A stretch of 62,953 nt of DNA, filler included, from Octopus bimaculoides (lineage: Eukaryota), in assembly GCF_001194135.2 (NCBI RefSeq). It is 6 parts of 6 records of this genome, joined end to end, with 100 filler letters (N's around TTAATTAATTAA, not from the genome) between each part and the next. Parts side by side here need not be neighbours in the genome. Positions count along the whole stretch, not along the records: positions 1 to 17,182 come from NC_068988.1; 5 more parts are not named here. The stretch is one strand, 5' to 3'. This document shows, in pieces, positions 1 to 11,552 of the stretch. A model generated the notes under the pieces. That model saw only the letters and a program-made list of their open reading frames with translations, was not told the DNA's origin and made no database searches. The position numbers were made by a program, and so were the translations under genes. How positions within the stretch are numbered: the stretch's first letter is position 1; every line of letters begins with the position of its first letter.

Positions 1-39
<39 letters not shown>

Positions 40-54
40 TGTGTGTGTTTGTGT

Positions 55-300
55 GTGTTGTTTTTCACTAGTTTCAGTCATTAGACAACAGCCATGCTGG
101 GGCATCCCCTTGAATAATTTTTAGTCGAATGATTCGACTCCAATACTTATTTCTTTTAAGCCTAGAACTTATTTTATTGGAATCGTTTGCCGAACCGATA
201 CATTACGTGGACGTAAACACACCAACACCGGTTGTCAAGCGGTGGTGGTGGGCATAAATAGATACAGACACACACAGACAGACACACACACACACACACA
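55..300 (-). mobile_element. 3' half of the common octopus composite SINE (here family A), ending in a CA microsatellite
   Basis: Reverse complement matches the 3' half of the full copy at 59478-59873 (GCCATGCTGGGGCA, ATCGAC, ACCAACACCGGTTGTCAAGCG motifs). Confidence 0.65.
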
Positions 301-334
301 CACACACATAAATATATAAAAATATACGTTGGTT

Positions 335-545
335 TCCAATTTTGGCACAAGGCCAGCAGTTGTGGAGGAAGGTACCAGTCGATCACATCGACTCCTAGTG
401 TTCAACTCATACTTATTTTATCGACCCCGAAAGGATGAAAAGCAAAGCTGCCCTGGCAGTATTCAATAAATTCAAAACGTTAAGCCGGAAGAAATGCCGC
501 TAAGTATTTCTATCCGACGCGCTAACGAATTCTACCAGCTTGTCG
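335..545 (-). mobile_element. Degenerate tRNA-derived SINE (here family B)
   Basis: Contains TTTATCGACCCCGAAAGGATGAAA, the reverse complement of the core shared with copies at 33912, 55570 and 57925. Confidence 0.65.
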
Positions 546-1082
546 CCTTATATACTGCATATGCAATCCGTGTGTGCGTGTGACATGTACATATTTATAT
601 GTGTGCGTATAAATATAATATATATTGTAAGTGTACATGTGTACACACACACACACACACACTTATCACAAATGTATATATGTATGGAACATTCATATCA
701 TATTCATATTTTCCTTGTTCTAGCAGTTACTTCGGTGATACTAAGTTGTTAGCGTTTCTATTGCATCTTTCTCCATTTTCAAGTCGATTTCAGTATATAA
801 AACTTTTTCTCTTGATAAATCGACAGAAAATTTAGGAGTCGATCACGAAAGGTGGCGTGAGATGGGTGGAGATATAAAGAAAACTATTCTGACTCAGGAG
901 TCGTCTTAGAGTTGTGTCTGACTCACCGTCGTAGTATAATGAAAACCGATGAAACGGTATTTCCGTATTGTATACATGCGACAACGAAAACGCAATAAAC
1001 ACGTACAAACCGAAAGCCATGAAGACTGAAGAACAATTGGATTTGCATATATGATAAATATGTTAATAATACATACATACAT

Positions 1083-1140
<58 letters not shown>

Positions 1141-1142
<2 letters not shown>

Positions 1143-1258
1143 GAGAATTTACGAAAAAAACAACAACAGACGAGGACAGGTGGTGTAAACAACAAAAGGA
1201 TGTATTAGTTTAATACTCAGGAATAGAGAAAGTCTTTAACGTTTCGAGCTGCGCTCTT
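1141..1258 (-). mobile_element. Penelope-like element terminal fragment, truncated hammerhead-like motif
   Basis: Minus strand reads AAGAGCGCAGCTCGAAACGTTAAAGACTTTCTC, an inverted homologue of 1861-1992, and ends in a TA array. Confidence 0.45.
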
Positions 1259-1471
1259 ATACACACACACACACATATGTGTGTGTGTGTATAAATAATA
1301 ATTTTAGGTATACACCTGATAGTATACCGTTTAAAGTACGTTGACTGTATTCAGCTACCTGGTGTCATCAACAATATGGATATGGGTGCCACTGGATTTA
1401 CTCAGGAATTCCTTCGTATCCGTCGAGTGTATAACATATGAGAGAAAGAGGAAATGTTATGCATACATACA

Positions 1472-1502
<31 letters not shown>

Positions 1503-1860
1503 CAACGCCAAGCAGTGATTAGAAATAAACGAACTTTAAGTTAGTTAAAATATGTTTGTGATATATTTAAGTCCTAAAGGCGAATTAACTGCAGTTACAG
1601 TGAAGAAAGAAAAAATTCTTACTTATGGTCAAAAGTATAAAAACATCTATCCACCCTTACCGTTGCCTCTAATAGATTTCCAGTTGTGCGTTTCTGGCTT
1701 TTTAACTTTTCTCAATGGAAAGATATCATAGATAATCATGGAAATTATACTGACGATTAAGTTTCATCGAAAAGTAAGATTTGATCATTCGTTTTCCTTA
1801 TTCAAAATCCGGATATTACTTATGAGATAAGTTTTTTTCATTCTCACTCTATTTTCTCTT

Positions 1861-1992
1861 ATTCTTTTCTGCTGAAGAGCGTAGGCTCGAAACGTAAAAG
1901 ACTTTTTCATTTTCCCGAGCGTCAAACTAATACACCTGCTTGTTGTTCTTACACTTGTCTTCGTCTTTTGTTTTTCTGTAAATTTGAACTAT
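1861..1992 (+). mobile_element. Penelope-like element terminal fragment with hammerhead-like core
   Basis: TCTTTT-CTGCTGA-A-GAGC-GTAG-GCTC-GAAACGT-A-AAAGA. The CTGANGA...GAAAC layout is typical of Penelope-like termini. Confidence 0.5.
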
Positions 1993-2074
1993 ATGTGTGT
2001 GTGTGTATGTGTGTGTATGTGTGTGCGTGCGTGTATGTATATATGCAAGTATATATGCATGTATCTTTTATCTT

Positions 2075-2281
2075 TGCTTCTTTTATTTGTTTCAGTCGCT
2101 AGACTGCGGCCATGCTGGGGTACCGCCTTGAATTTTTAGTGGAATCGACCCCAGCAATTCTATTCTTGCTTTTAAAAAGTGGTACATATTCTATCAGAAC
2201 CGTTAAGCAACGGGAACGCAAAAAGACCAACACCGGTGATGGGGGACAAACACTGACACAAAGAAACACACACACACATAA

Positions 2282-2300
<19 letters not shown>
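2075..2300 (-). mobile_element. Family A SINE, 3' half
   Basis: TTTCAGTC..GACTGCGGCCATGCTGGG..CCGCCTTGAA..ATCGACCCCAG motif followed by a CA/TA array. Confidence 0.6.
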
Positions 2301-2325
<25 letters not shown>

Positions 2326-2350
2326 GTACACACACATATATATATATTTA

Positions 2351-2420
<70 letters not shown>

Positions 2421-2944
2421 CATAATACACACAAATTTGTAGTGCAGTGGAATCATGTGGTTATCACAGGAACCTCCTCCAGTGGACTCGGCTATCATAC
2501 TACAAAACAATCCAATATGGAGGAGTATAATGCATAGGTCAATGCGAAGTATATGAACCGTAATAGCTTATGATTTATGGTTTATGGTTTGTGGTTTGTG
2601 TGTAAGGGGTGCGTGTGCGTGCGTTGGTGTGTGTGTATTTAGATAGATAGATAGATATCATGACACTTCAAACAAATCTTAACTACGTATGTGTCAATGG
2701 AACGAGATCAACTCCATACTCTTTTATCCACGCAACATCTATATTATTCATGAGAGAAGGAATTGTAAACTATGTAATATTATGCACATAATCAATTCGA
2801 AAATATTTATATAAATTACATTATTCATAAGACAACTGTTAGATAAATATTCTAATGTGATATATATATATATATATATTTATGCATACGCTTGCACGTG
2901 TGTGCGCGCGTGCACATATATATATACATATATATATATATATT

Positions 2945-2975
<31 letters not shown>

Positions 2976-3084
2976 GTACATATATATGTTCTATCATTTC
3001 TTTTACTTGTTTCAGTTATTAGACTGCGGCCATGTTGGGGCACTGTCTTGAACAACTTGTTTTAGTTGAATGAATCGACCCCGA

Positions 3085-3086
<2 letters not shown>

Positions 3087-3146
<60 letters not shown>
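3087..3146. repeat. (TTA)n microsatellite; further arrays of the same type at 3490-3560 and 5108-5210
   Basis: Seen directly in the sequence. Confidence 0.95.
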
Positions 3147-3490
3147 TTATGTTTGACTTTTGTTTTGCATTTGTACAAGTTGGATCCAAGTCTCACCCAG
3201 AGACCTCAAGAGACAAGTTAGAAGTTCATGTAGGTGTTATGCCTAGGGTACCATATATTTGGATTTGTACAGTTTTGTTCAAGTGAATGTTTAAGAAACC
3301 ATAAGAAAATTATGTGCTTGCTTTAAAATTTGAGATCACATAGACAGTATTTTACGTAGGATATGGGCAGTTCCCATGAGCACTATCTTTTGAACTTCAG
3401 CCATTTTGGGGTTTCCTGGAATCTGATCTAGGTAGTAATCAGCCCGTTTCGCTGTCATTCCCAGGGCACCTATGACAATAGGTATTGTTA
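3147..3490 (-). mobile_element. R4/Dong-clade non-LTR retrotransposon, 5'-truncated (RLE C-terminus plus 3' UTR)
   Basis: Translation ITIPIVIGALG...VQKIVLMGTAHILRKILSM* is the R4-clade C-terminal signature. Flanked on both sides by (TAA)n. Confidence 0.85.
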
Positions 3491-3560
<70 letters not shown>

Positions 3561-5107
3561 CATTCAACAGATTAGACTGTTGGAAAAGAAAAGAATCCTA
3601 ACATCGGGCTACAACAAGTAGGCTTAGATACCAAGAGCTCTCCTATTGGGTTACAGCAAGTAACCTTAGATACCAAGAACCCTCCTAAGTATCCAAGCTG
3701 TCTCAAATAACACTGTTTTCTGCAGCTGTACTAAACTAGGTTTTATGCCTATTTGCTAATTCAGTTTTTATCCAATCTAAAAAGCTGCTGAGTATCTAAG
3801 TAACGATACTGCCCTAGTATTTACAGCCTTCACTAAATTCGAACAAGTTAGCTTTGACTTCATTAGCTTCCTCACCCGTCTGATGTACTCCTTCTCAATT
3901 TTCATTTTCATTTCTGGAGTTAATACCCTGTTAGATTCTAATACTCCTACATACTTATAACTCTCTCCTCCTTTCAATGATTTTAATGTCCGGCCATCTG
4001 GTATTTGGTTGCCTTTGCTGTTGACTACCTGTTTCCTTCTCATGACAAATATTGCACTTATCTATGCCAAATTCCATGCTTATATCTTTGCTGAAGAGTC
4101 TTACAGTCTGTATTAAGGAATCTATCTCTTTTTCAGTTTAACTAAAATGCTTCAGATCATCCATGTAGAGCAAATGGTTAGTTTTTTCCCTTACTATTTC
4201 TGAACTGAAACCCTGCTTTTGCCTTCCTTAATACTAATCTGAGGGGGATCAAACATAGAACAAATATTAAAGAATACAATGAGTCCTCCTGGAAAATTCC
4301 TCTATTGATATTAACTTTCCCGAAGAGTGTGTCACCTGAGTATAGATCTACTTTCCATTTCTTCATGCTAAAGCTAATTAATTCTCTTATGTTGTCTGCT
4401 ATACTGAACATACTCAGACATTCACTTATCCATGAGTGTGGGATCATGTCATAGGCATTCCTATAATCTATCCATGCTAGATTTTTCTTTCTAGCTTTTA
4501 CTTCATTTTACTTCCCATAGCATTCTGCAATATTTCTCTTCTTCTGGTAGTAAATTCTGACTGTCAAGTTGCTCGTAAATACTTTCTGAAAGCATTCCTG
4601 TTGACAGCTTCCGCACTAATGGTAAGCAAGTCATTGGTCTATAGTTACTAGCTGTATTACCCTTGCTTTTATCCTTCATAAGAAGTATTGTCCTCTCTCT
4701 AGTCATCCAATTTGGTATTATTCCTCCATCAAGGAAATCCTGAAGTTGTTCCTTCAGCCTCTCATGTAAACGACTGAATTTCTTTTGCCAGTACCCTTGA
4801 ACTAAATCTGGTCCTGGGCCCTTCCAATTCGGTATTTTTCCTAACACTTTACTCATTAATGCACTATTAAATATTAGATCTGGCTGCTTCTCACTACTTC
4901 TTCCCTTACTTTCTTTAACCATTATGCATCTCCATTGTGATTGACTGGCTTATCCCAAATACTACCCCAGAACTTCCTAGCTTCCTCTGCATTAGGTTTC
5001 TCATCTTCAGTGCTTCGTTCTCCACTATTTATTTGGTCATAAAATTTCCTCTGGTCAGTCTCAAATAATCTATTCTGTTGACACTGATCTATTCTGGAGA
5101 GTTTGCC
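3561..5107 (-). mobile_element. Second R4/Dong-clade element: decayed RT, internal deletion, C-terminus and 3' UTR
   Basis: Frameshifted RT segments NWKGPGPDLVQG, SNYRPMTCLPL, WIDYRNAYDMIPHSW, GIFQEDSL, LLYMDDLK, SYKYVGVLES, RYSAAF(L)DW are joined at ~3756 directly to IGIKPSLVQLQKTVLFETAWILRRVLGI*. Has a (TAA)n tail. Confidence 0.88.
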
Positions 5108-5146
5108 TTATTATTATTGTTGTTGTTATTATTATTATTATTATTA

Positions 5147-5211
<65 letters not shown>

Positions 5212-5417
5212 TTCTTAAGCCTGGTATTTATTTTATCGGTCTCTTTTGATGAACCTCTAAGTTATAGGGACTCAAACATACCAACACCAGCTCTCAAGTG
5301 GTGGTGGGGGACAAACACAGACACAAAGACACACACGCACATATATATTGCGTGGCAATCTCGCAATTGAGTATTATATATGAGCTGGAGTAAAAAGTGG
5401 TTTACCCTTGATTTATA

Positions 5418-5791
5418 CGGCAAATAAGAAAGTGGAGAGGATATAAAATCGACAGACACTAGCTGATAAACATTCCAGTATGTCTATTTATTCAAAATGT
5501 ATTGGATAAATTCACACACATGTATTAGTGGTACAGATTATTAAGCGGAAAAACTTGGTAGTTGCATAAACATGAGTGTGGAAACATATAAGCATATAGA
5601 AACAAGTGAGTAATTGAGCAAATGAGCAAATGGGCAAATGACCAGATTGTCACTAAAACCGAATGGGTATGCGGGTGCTAGTTCCTTACGGCCGTTTCTG
5701 CTCATCCCTGCATAACACTGAAGAGACATGCTGGAATGTTTACCAGCTGGTGTCTGTCGATTTTATATCCTCTCCACTTTCTTATTTGCCG
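5418..5791. mobile_element. 374-bp MITE, ~68-bp TIRs, TA target duplication (Tc1/mariner-type)
   Basis: TA|CGGCAAATAAGAAAGTGGAGAGGATATAAAATCGACAGACAC... and the inverse ...CCTCTCCACTTTCTTATTTGCCG|TA. Non-coding interior with three (T)GAGCAAAT-like repeats. Confidence 0.85.
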
Positions 5792-5879
5792 TATATATAT
5801 ATATATATATATGTTACAAAAACAAAATAGAAACTACACGTGGAAATGTAAGGGGTAAGTAAGAAGTATATATACATAT

Positions 5880-6030
5880 ACACGAGGCGCTTCTTTCAGT
5901 TTCCGTCTAAGAAATCCATCCACAAAGCTTTGGTTGGCCGAGGCTGTAGTAGAAGAAATATGCCCAAGGGAATAAACCCAGAACTATGTTGTTGGGAATA
6001 AAGCTTTTTATCACATGCTCACGCCGGCGC
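5880..6030 (-). mobile_element. Family A SINE, 5' half
   Basis: CTTCTTTCAGTTTCCGTCT...GGCCGAGGCTGTAGTAGAAGA..TGCCCAAGG motif. Confidence 0.6.
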
Positions 6031-6059
6031 TTATATAAACATATATTTGCAATGGGTAA

Positions 6060-6390
6060 TAATCTCTTTCGGTCATGAATGACCATGGAATTACATCTAA
6101 AAGGTTCTCTCCAAGGCACAAGTCCAGGCAAGGTTGTTTATTGAAGACCAGCAGTCGTCCATGCAAACCAGCCTTCGCTATCTACACCAGTGATGTTACC
6201 CAAGGGAAAGGCAAAGGTCAATACATCTTGGTACTAGTGACATGCAACTCATTTCTACAGCTGAGTGAACTGCAGAGCTATGAAATAAAGTATCTTGCTC
6301 AAGCACACAACACAAACCGGTCCGAGAATCGAACTCACAACCTTATGATTGTGAGCCCGACGCTCTTACTACTGAGTCATGCACCTTCAC
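6060..6390 (-). mobile_element. tRNA-headed SINE with TTCGGTCATGAATGACCATGG end (family E); partial copy at 51397-51597
   Basis: Minus-strand head GTGAAGGTGCATGACTCAGT...GTGAGTTCGATTCTCGG has A/B-box-like motifs. The shared body is seen again at 51397. Confidence 0.65.
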
Positions 6391-6439
6391 GTATATTTGT
6401 ATACATATGTACATGCGAGTGTGCTTTTGTGTGTTTATG

Positions 6440-6478
<39 letters not shown>

Positions 6479-7070
6479 NNNNNNNNNNNNNNNNNNNNNN
6501 NNNNNNNNNNNNNNNNNNNNNNNNNNNNNNNNNNNNNNNNNNNNNNNNNNNNNNNNNNNNNNNNNNNNNNNNNNNNNNNNNNNNNNNNNNNNNNNNNNNN
6601 NNNNNNNNNNNNNNNNNNNNNNNNNNNNNNNNNNNNNNNNNNNNNNNNNNNNNNNNNNNNNNNNNNNNNNNNNNNNNNNNNNNNNNNNNNNNNNNNNNNN
6701 NNNNNNNNNNNNNNNNNNNNNNNNNNNNNNNNNNNNNNNNNNNNNNNNNNNNNNNNNNNNNNNNNNNNNNNNNNNNNNNNNNNNNNNNNNNNNNNNNNNN
6801 NNNNNNNNNNNNNNNNNNNNNNNNNNNNNNNNNNNNNNNNNNNNNNNNNNNNNNNNNNNNNNNNNNNNNNNNNNNNNNNNNNNNNNNNNNNNNNNNNNNN
6901 NNNNNNNNNNNNNNNNNNNNNNNNNNNNNNNNNNNNNNNNNNNNNNNNNNNNNNNNNNNNNNNNNNNNNNNNNNNNNNNNNNNNNNNNNNNNNNNNNNNN
7001 NNNNNNNNNNNNNNNNNNNNNNNNNNNNNNNNNNNNNNNNNNNNNNNNNNNNNNNNNNNNGGGGGGGAAG

Positions 7071-7261
7071 GAAAGAGAAAGAGATAGAGTAGCGTCGGAG
7101 GATATGAGTTACGAAAACTACTTACATTTGGAAGATGCTGCGTTCAATCATGTAAAAACAAATAGTAAATGAGTATATGCATATATACGTACAGGTATGT
7201 GCATACCGACATCCACCTGTATGTATAGGTGCATATCTGGGTACAGGACATTGCAAACAAA
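7071..7261. repeat. ~190-bp segment duplicated at 14370-14561
   Basis: Direct alignment: identical apart from two 1-bp indels and three substitutions. Confidence 0.95.
7126..7137 (-). CDS. Candidate 12-nt microexon, copy 1 (CATCTTCCAAAT)
   Basis: Minus strand TTTACTATTTGTTTTTACATGATTGAACGCAG|CATCTTCCAAAT|GTAAGTAG. Splice signals only. Confidence 0.3.
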
Positions 7262-7439
7262 TATATATATATATATATACATATATGTATACACACACAC
7301 ACACACATACACACACACACATATATATACATATATAACAGAGCTAATAGTGAAGAGGTATCAATCCGGGTAAAATACTTCATAAGCTCTCAGCTGGCCC
7401 ACCAGGCTAACAATGTTGTTTGTTTAAACCTAACAATAG

Positions 7440-8790
7440 CGCACCTATAATGACTACAGAAAACTGCTGTAAGCATGCAGTAGATCATGAATTTCTGCTG
7501 ATCTCTCTGAGAACCAGTCACTGGACTTATGTGATTTAAATCCCACTGATGAATTTGCAGCCTGAAATACTTTTGTTTTGAAATCTTCCCACAAATTGTT
7601 AGGGCCAAGATTGATACTTTCTATAGCGTCGTGGAATCTTTGCAAGCTGCTTGATAATTTAAAGTTTGCAACATTTAACTTTTTGGGTATCTTACGACCA
7701 GACTGTCCATTTTTAGGCATTATCGAAAAATCTATTTTTCCACGCACTAGATGATGGTCAGTCCAGCTCTCTGCCCCTTTCATGGCCCGAACGCTAGAAA
7801 CGTCTTTCATATCACGTTTTCTGATCAGAATATACTCTATGAGATGCCAGTGCTTAGATCTCAGGTGCATCCAGGTGGTTTTATATTAATTTTTCTGCTT
7901 AAACAGAGTGTTGGTGACAACCAGATTATTCTCAGTACAAAATGTCAAAAGAGCTACTCCATTTTTATTACATTTTCCAATCCTATGTCAACTTAAAACA
8001 GGCCATGAAACATAGTCCTTTCCAACTCTTGCTGTGAAATCTTCCAATATGACCAGCTTGTCAGAAATTGGTACTTTCCTCAATAATTGTGCTAGATCAT
8101 CATAAAACTATCCTAGTTTCATAAGAATGGGACATTATTGGTGCATAAATACTGACAACGGTAAGAAACCCACCTTTTGTCAGTTTAATACGGCATGACA
8201 TGGTTCGTTCAGATATACCACTTGGAAGCTCTGCAATGGAGGATACTAAGGCATTCTTTAGAGCAAACCCAACACCAGACTCTCTATGCTGACCTTCAGG
8301 TAGGCCTCTCCAAAAGATAGTACATCCATAAGTAGGTTCATTTACTTGACCCTCACCAGAGAGACGAGTTTCAGAAAGCGCAACTATATCAAGGGAATAT
8401 TTCTTAAGCTCACATGCAATAAGTGCAGTATACCTTTCTGGCCTCTTGTTGAAATTATCATCAAGAAGTGTGCACACATTCCAAAAGCCAAAATTCAAAG
8501 GATGTTTATTTTTACTTTTTCTTGGCAGCTGTTTGACCACAGTGGCAGGATGACGACCGGGTCTAGCCTGTGATACACTGGGATACCTGCCAAGCCAAAC
8601 CTGTTCCCCCGACATTCCCAAGCCGTTTTTGCCATTTACTGAATCTGTTTGAGACATTTTAGAGTAAGTTACAAGTGCATTTTTAGGTTTCTGCCAACCA
8701 ACCAATTCAATGATTATACTAAGATTTGGTGTACAGGAAGTACCTGTGTAGATACATAGTTTTCAGTGGGTGTAGCTTGCACTGCACTAC
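7440..8790 (-). mobile_element. RTE-clade LINE 5' part: 5' UTR and APE endonuclease, decayed
   Basis: LNFGFWNVCTLLD..RPERYTALIACELKKYSLDIVALSETRLSGEG, SGVGFALK, VSIYAP, HWHLIEYILIR, AESWTDHHLV. Confidence 0.9.
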
Positions 8791-9559
8791 CCCCACCTAT
8801 TGGCCCAAGAAGACTTTCGCCGATGTGACATGAAAATTGACAAAACCAGGAACTTCCAAGGCCTCAGGTTTTATTTCGGAGATTTCCTTCTCCTAGGTAG
8901 ATTACCAACCAAGGTTAAAGTGCTTCTACCTGCCCATGAGGTAAACTATCCCATTTCAGACACTAAAACGACACTCAAACACTGTATGAAATAACCAAAT
9001 ATCACTCCGGTGACTGACGCGGAGTAGCTCATTCATACATTAAAAAAAATGTACAATATGTGATTTGCAAATGTAAATAAGAACTAAATATAAATAATAT
9101 ATATAAATATAAAAAATTAAAAGATATGCAATAAATATAAATAGATATGTATATAAAAGTAAAAATATACATATATATATATACATATACATATAAAAAG
9201 AAAAGTTACGATGTGTGAATAAGAACGAGATAAGAATTAAATATAAATAATATATATAAATATAGAAAAAAGTAAGATATGCAATTGAAAAAATATGAAG
9301 TAAGATTTAAATATAAATACTATATATATATAAAAGTAAAAATACACATATATATACATTCATATAAGAAAAAAAAATTATATATATATATATATATCTT
9401 CACAGATATTTTGCTGGATGGCCGTTGACTGTTCAGGAGTTCCTCTGTCCTTTGATGGGTCTTATTTTTCATCCCGCTGAGTGTCCAACAATACCCTCCT
9501 CACCAAGTAAGCCTGGTTGAGTTGTCAGTTTAGTCGCCGACCATGCGACAGGTTGTACT

Positions 9560-11498
9560 GGATTTCATGTTACCAGTAGCACTCATGAGCGAACTGACAA
9601 TAAGTCTCCAGGGTCTGATGGAATCTGTGCAGAAGTCTTGAAATATGGAGGTGACAAAATGTTTGAAATCTTAAATATATTAATTTGTCACTGCTGGAGA
9701 ACTGAGAATGTGCCTCAAGACTGGATTGATGCCATTTTAGTCTCCTTGTATAAATCGGGACCAAAGGATCTGAGTGGTAATTTTCGTGGGATTTCGCTTT
9801 TGTCTGTGGTTGGAAAGGTACTTGTCCGCATTCTGTTAGAACGTTTAAGTACCTTCATAGTTCCAAATATAGTGTCTGAGTCTCAGTGTGGTTTTCGTTC
9901 CTCCAGGGGCACAGCTAATTGTATCTTTACTATCAGACAATTACAGTACAAGTGCATTAGCATTCGATACTGTTAATCGAAATGTGCTGTGGCTAACTCT
10001 AAGGAAAATAGGTTGCCCAGAAAAATTTGTAAACATGTTCATGGCTTTGCATTAAGATATGAAAGCTAGAGTTAACTTTGGTGGTAGGCTCTCTGAATCT
10101 TATGCTGTGGAAAATGGAGTAAAGCAAAGAGACCTTGATGCACCCACCCTCTTTGCTGTTGTGTTGTCACATGCTTTTCGAAACTCTGAGGAGGGTATTT
10201 ACATAAAATATCGAACAACAGAGAATGTTTTTAATCTGACCAGACTGAAATTCAAAACGAAGGTTTTTACTTCACTCGTTAGGGAACTTTTATACGCTGA
10301 CGATTGCGACTTTATCAGTCATTCTGAAACAGGTCTGCAATCTCTTGTATCTGCATTTCTCTCAGCTTGTGATGATTTTGGCTTGACCATCAACTTGAAA
10401 AAAAACAGTTGTAATGCATCAACCTGCGTGTACTGCTGTTTGTAGCCCCACCCCATAAAAAAAATCATTAAGGTTAAGTTACTTGAGGTTGCCAATTCGT
10501 TCATCTACCTTGGAAGCTCTGTACAAAATGATGGAAATCTTGATACAGAAATACATCTGCGTATTCAAAGGACAGCAAAAGCATCTGGTGGCTTGGAGTC
10601 ACGCGTTTGGTGCCAGCGACATATAAATAAGAATACAAAGCTGGCTCTTTACAAATCGTTTGTCTTACCATCCCTGTTGTATTCTCGTAAAACATGGACT
10701 TGTTTTAAATTGTTAGAACAATTCCACCAAAAATGCCTTCATCACATTTTAAACATTAAATGGAGTTCTTTTACTCTAAAACGCAGATGTCCTTGCATCT
10801 GCAGGCATCACCTCAATTAAAGTTATGATTTTAAGGAACCAGATGAGATGATGTGGCTATATTGTTCGAATGGCAGATGGACGCATGCCGAAGCAGCTGT
10901 TTTATAGTGAGCTTGCAGAGGGGAAACGCTATCGGCGTAAAATAAAGGCATAAGTACGGCATAAGGACTACTATGAAGTTACTTGGAATGGATCCAGAAG
11001 ACATAGAAACCCTTGCTTCGGATCGAGTTGGATGGCGCACAAAAGTGGGGAGTGGAGTGAAAGCATTTGAAGACGCTAGGGTACCGCATGTAAGACTCAA
11101 AAGAGATTTAAGGAGGAATGTTACGATCGAGAAGGTGAATGACAATGACCTTTTTGTGTGTACAGTCTGTGACAGACCATGCCTTTCTTTTGCTGGATTC
11201 AAAACTCATAACGCATGAAAAACGAACCTCCACCAACTATTCTGCCTCTATGTCTGTGCACACCTTTCAATGCAGTGTATGCCAGAAGGTCTGCAAATCT
11301 AACAGAGGCCTCGAAAGACATTTTAAGATCCACAGAGATCAGAACGTATCTGCAGTTGTTAGTGGTCTAAATTGGATGTGCAATCTATGTGGGTGGGTGT
11401 CTTTTCAGAACATTGTCTGGTTTAAGAAGCCACATCAGATGCCATGATGGTGGTATGGTGTAGGTACAGGAGGTGGTCAAACTCTGCATAAGGAGTAG
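9560..11498 (+). mobile_element. RTE-clade LINE 3' part: reverse transcriptase and three C-terminal C2H2 fingers, frameshifted
   Basis: KSPGSDGI, VPQDWIDA, NFRGISLLS, ESQCGFR, NGVKQ, LYADD, FIYLGS, RMPKQLFYSEL, then CTVC..H, CSVCQKVCKSNRGLERHFKIH and CNLC..(fs)FRTLSGLRSHIRCH. Confidence 0.9.
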
Positions 11499-11508
11499 AC
11501 AACCAGCG

Positions 11509-11552
<44 letters not shown>

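Larger units (their letters stand above)
2995..5345 (-). mobile_element. Family A SINE split in two (2995-3086 and 5211-5345) by a TTA array carrying two R4 elements
   Basis: The left piece ends at ATCGACCCCGATATTT and the right piece resumes at TTTCTTAAGCCTGGTATTTATTTTATCGGTCTC. These are consecutive parts of the SINE as seen in unsplit copies (e.g. 59770-59815 reversed). Confidence 0.7.

Noticed and set aside
827-909. Possible terminal exon ENLGVDHERWREMGGDIKKTILTQESS*
   Set aside because: Acceptor is only moderate, with no partner exon or recognised homology.
1661-1749. Possible minus-strand exon ending ...HNWKSIRGN|GTAAGG
   Set aside because: Good donor but ambiguous acceptor, and the phase does not connect to other candidates.
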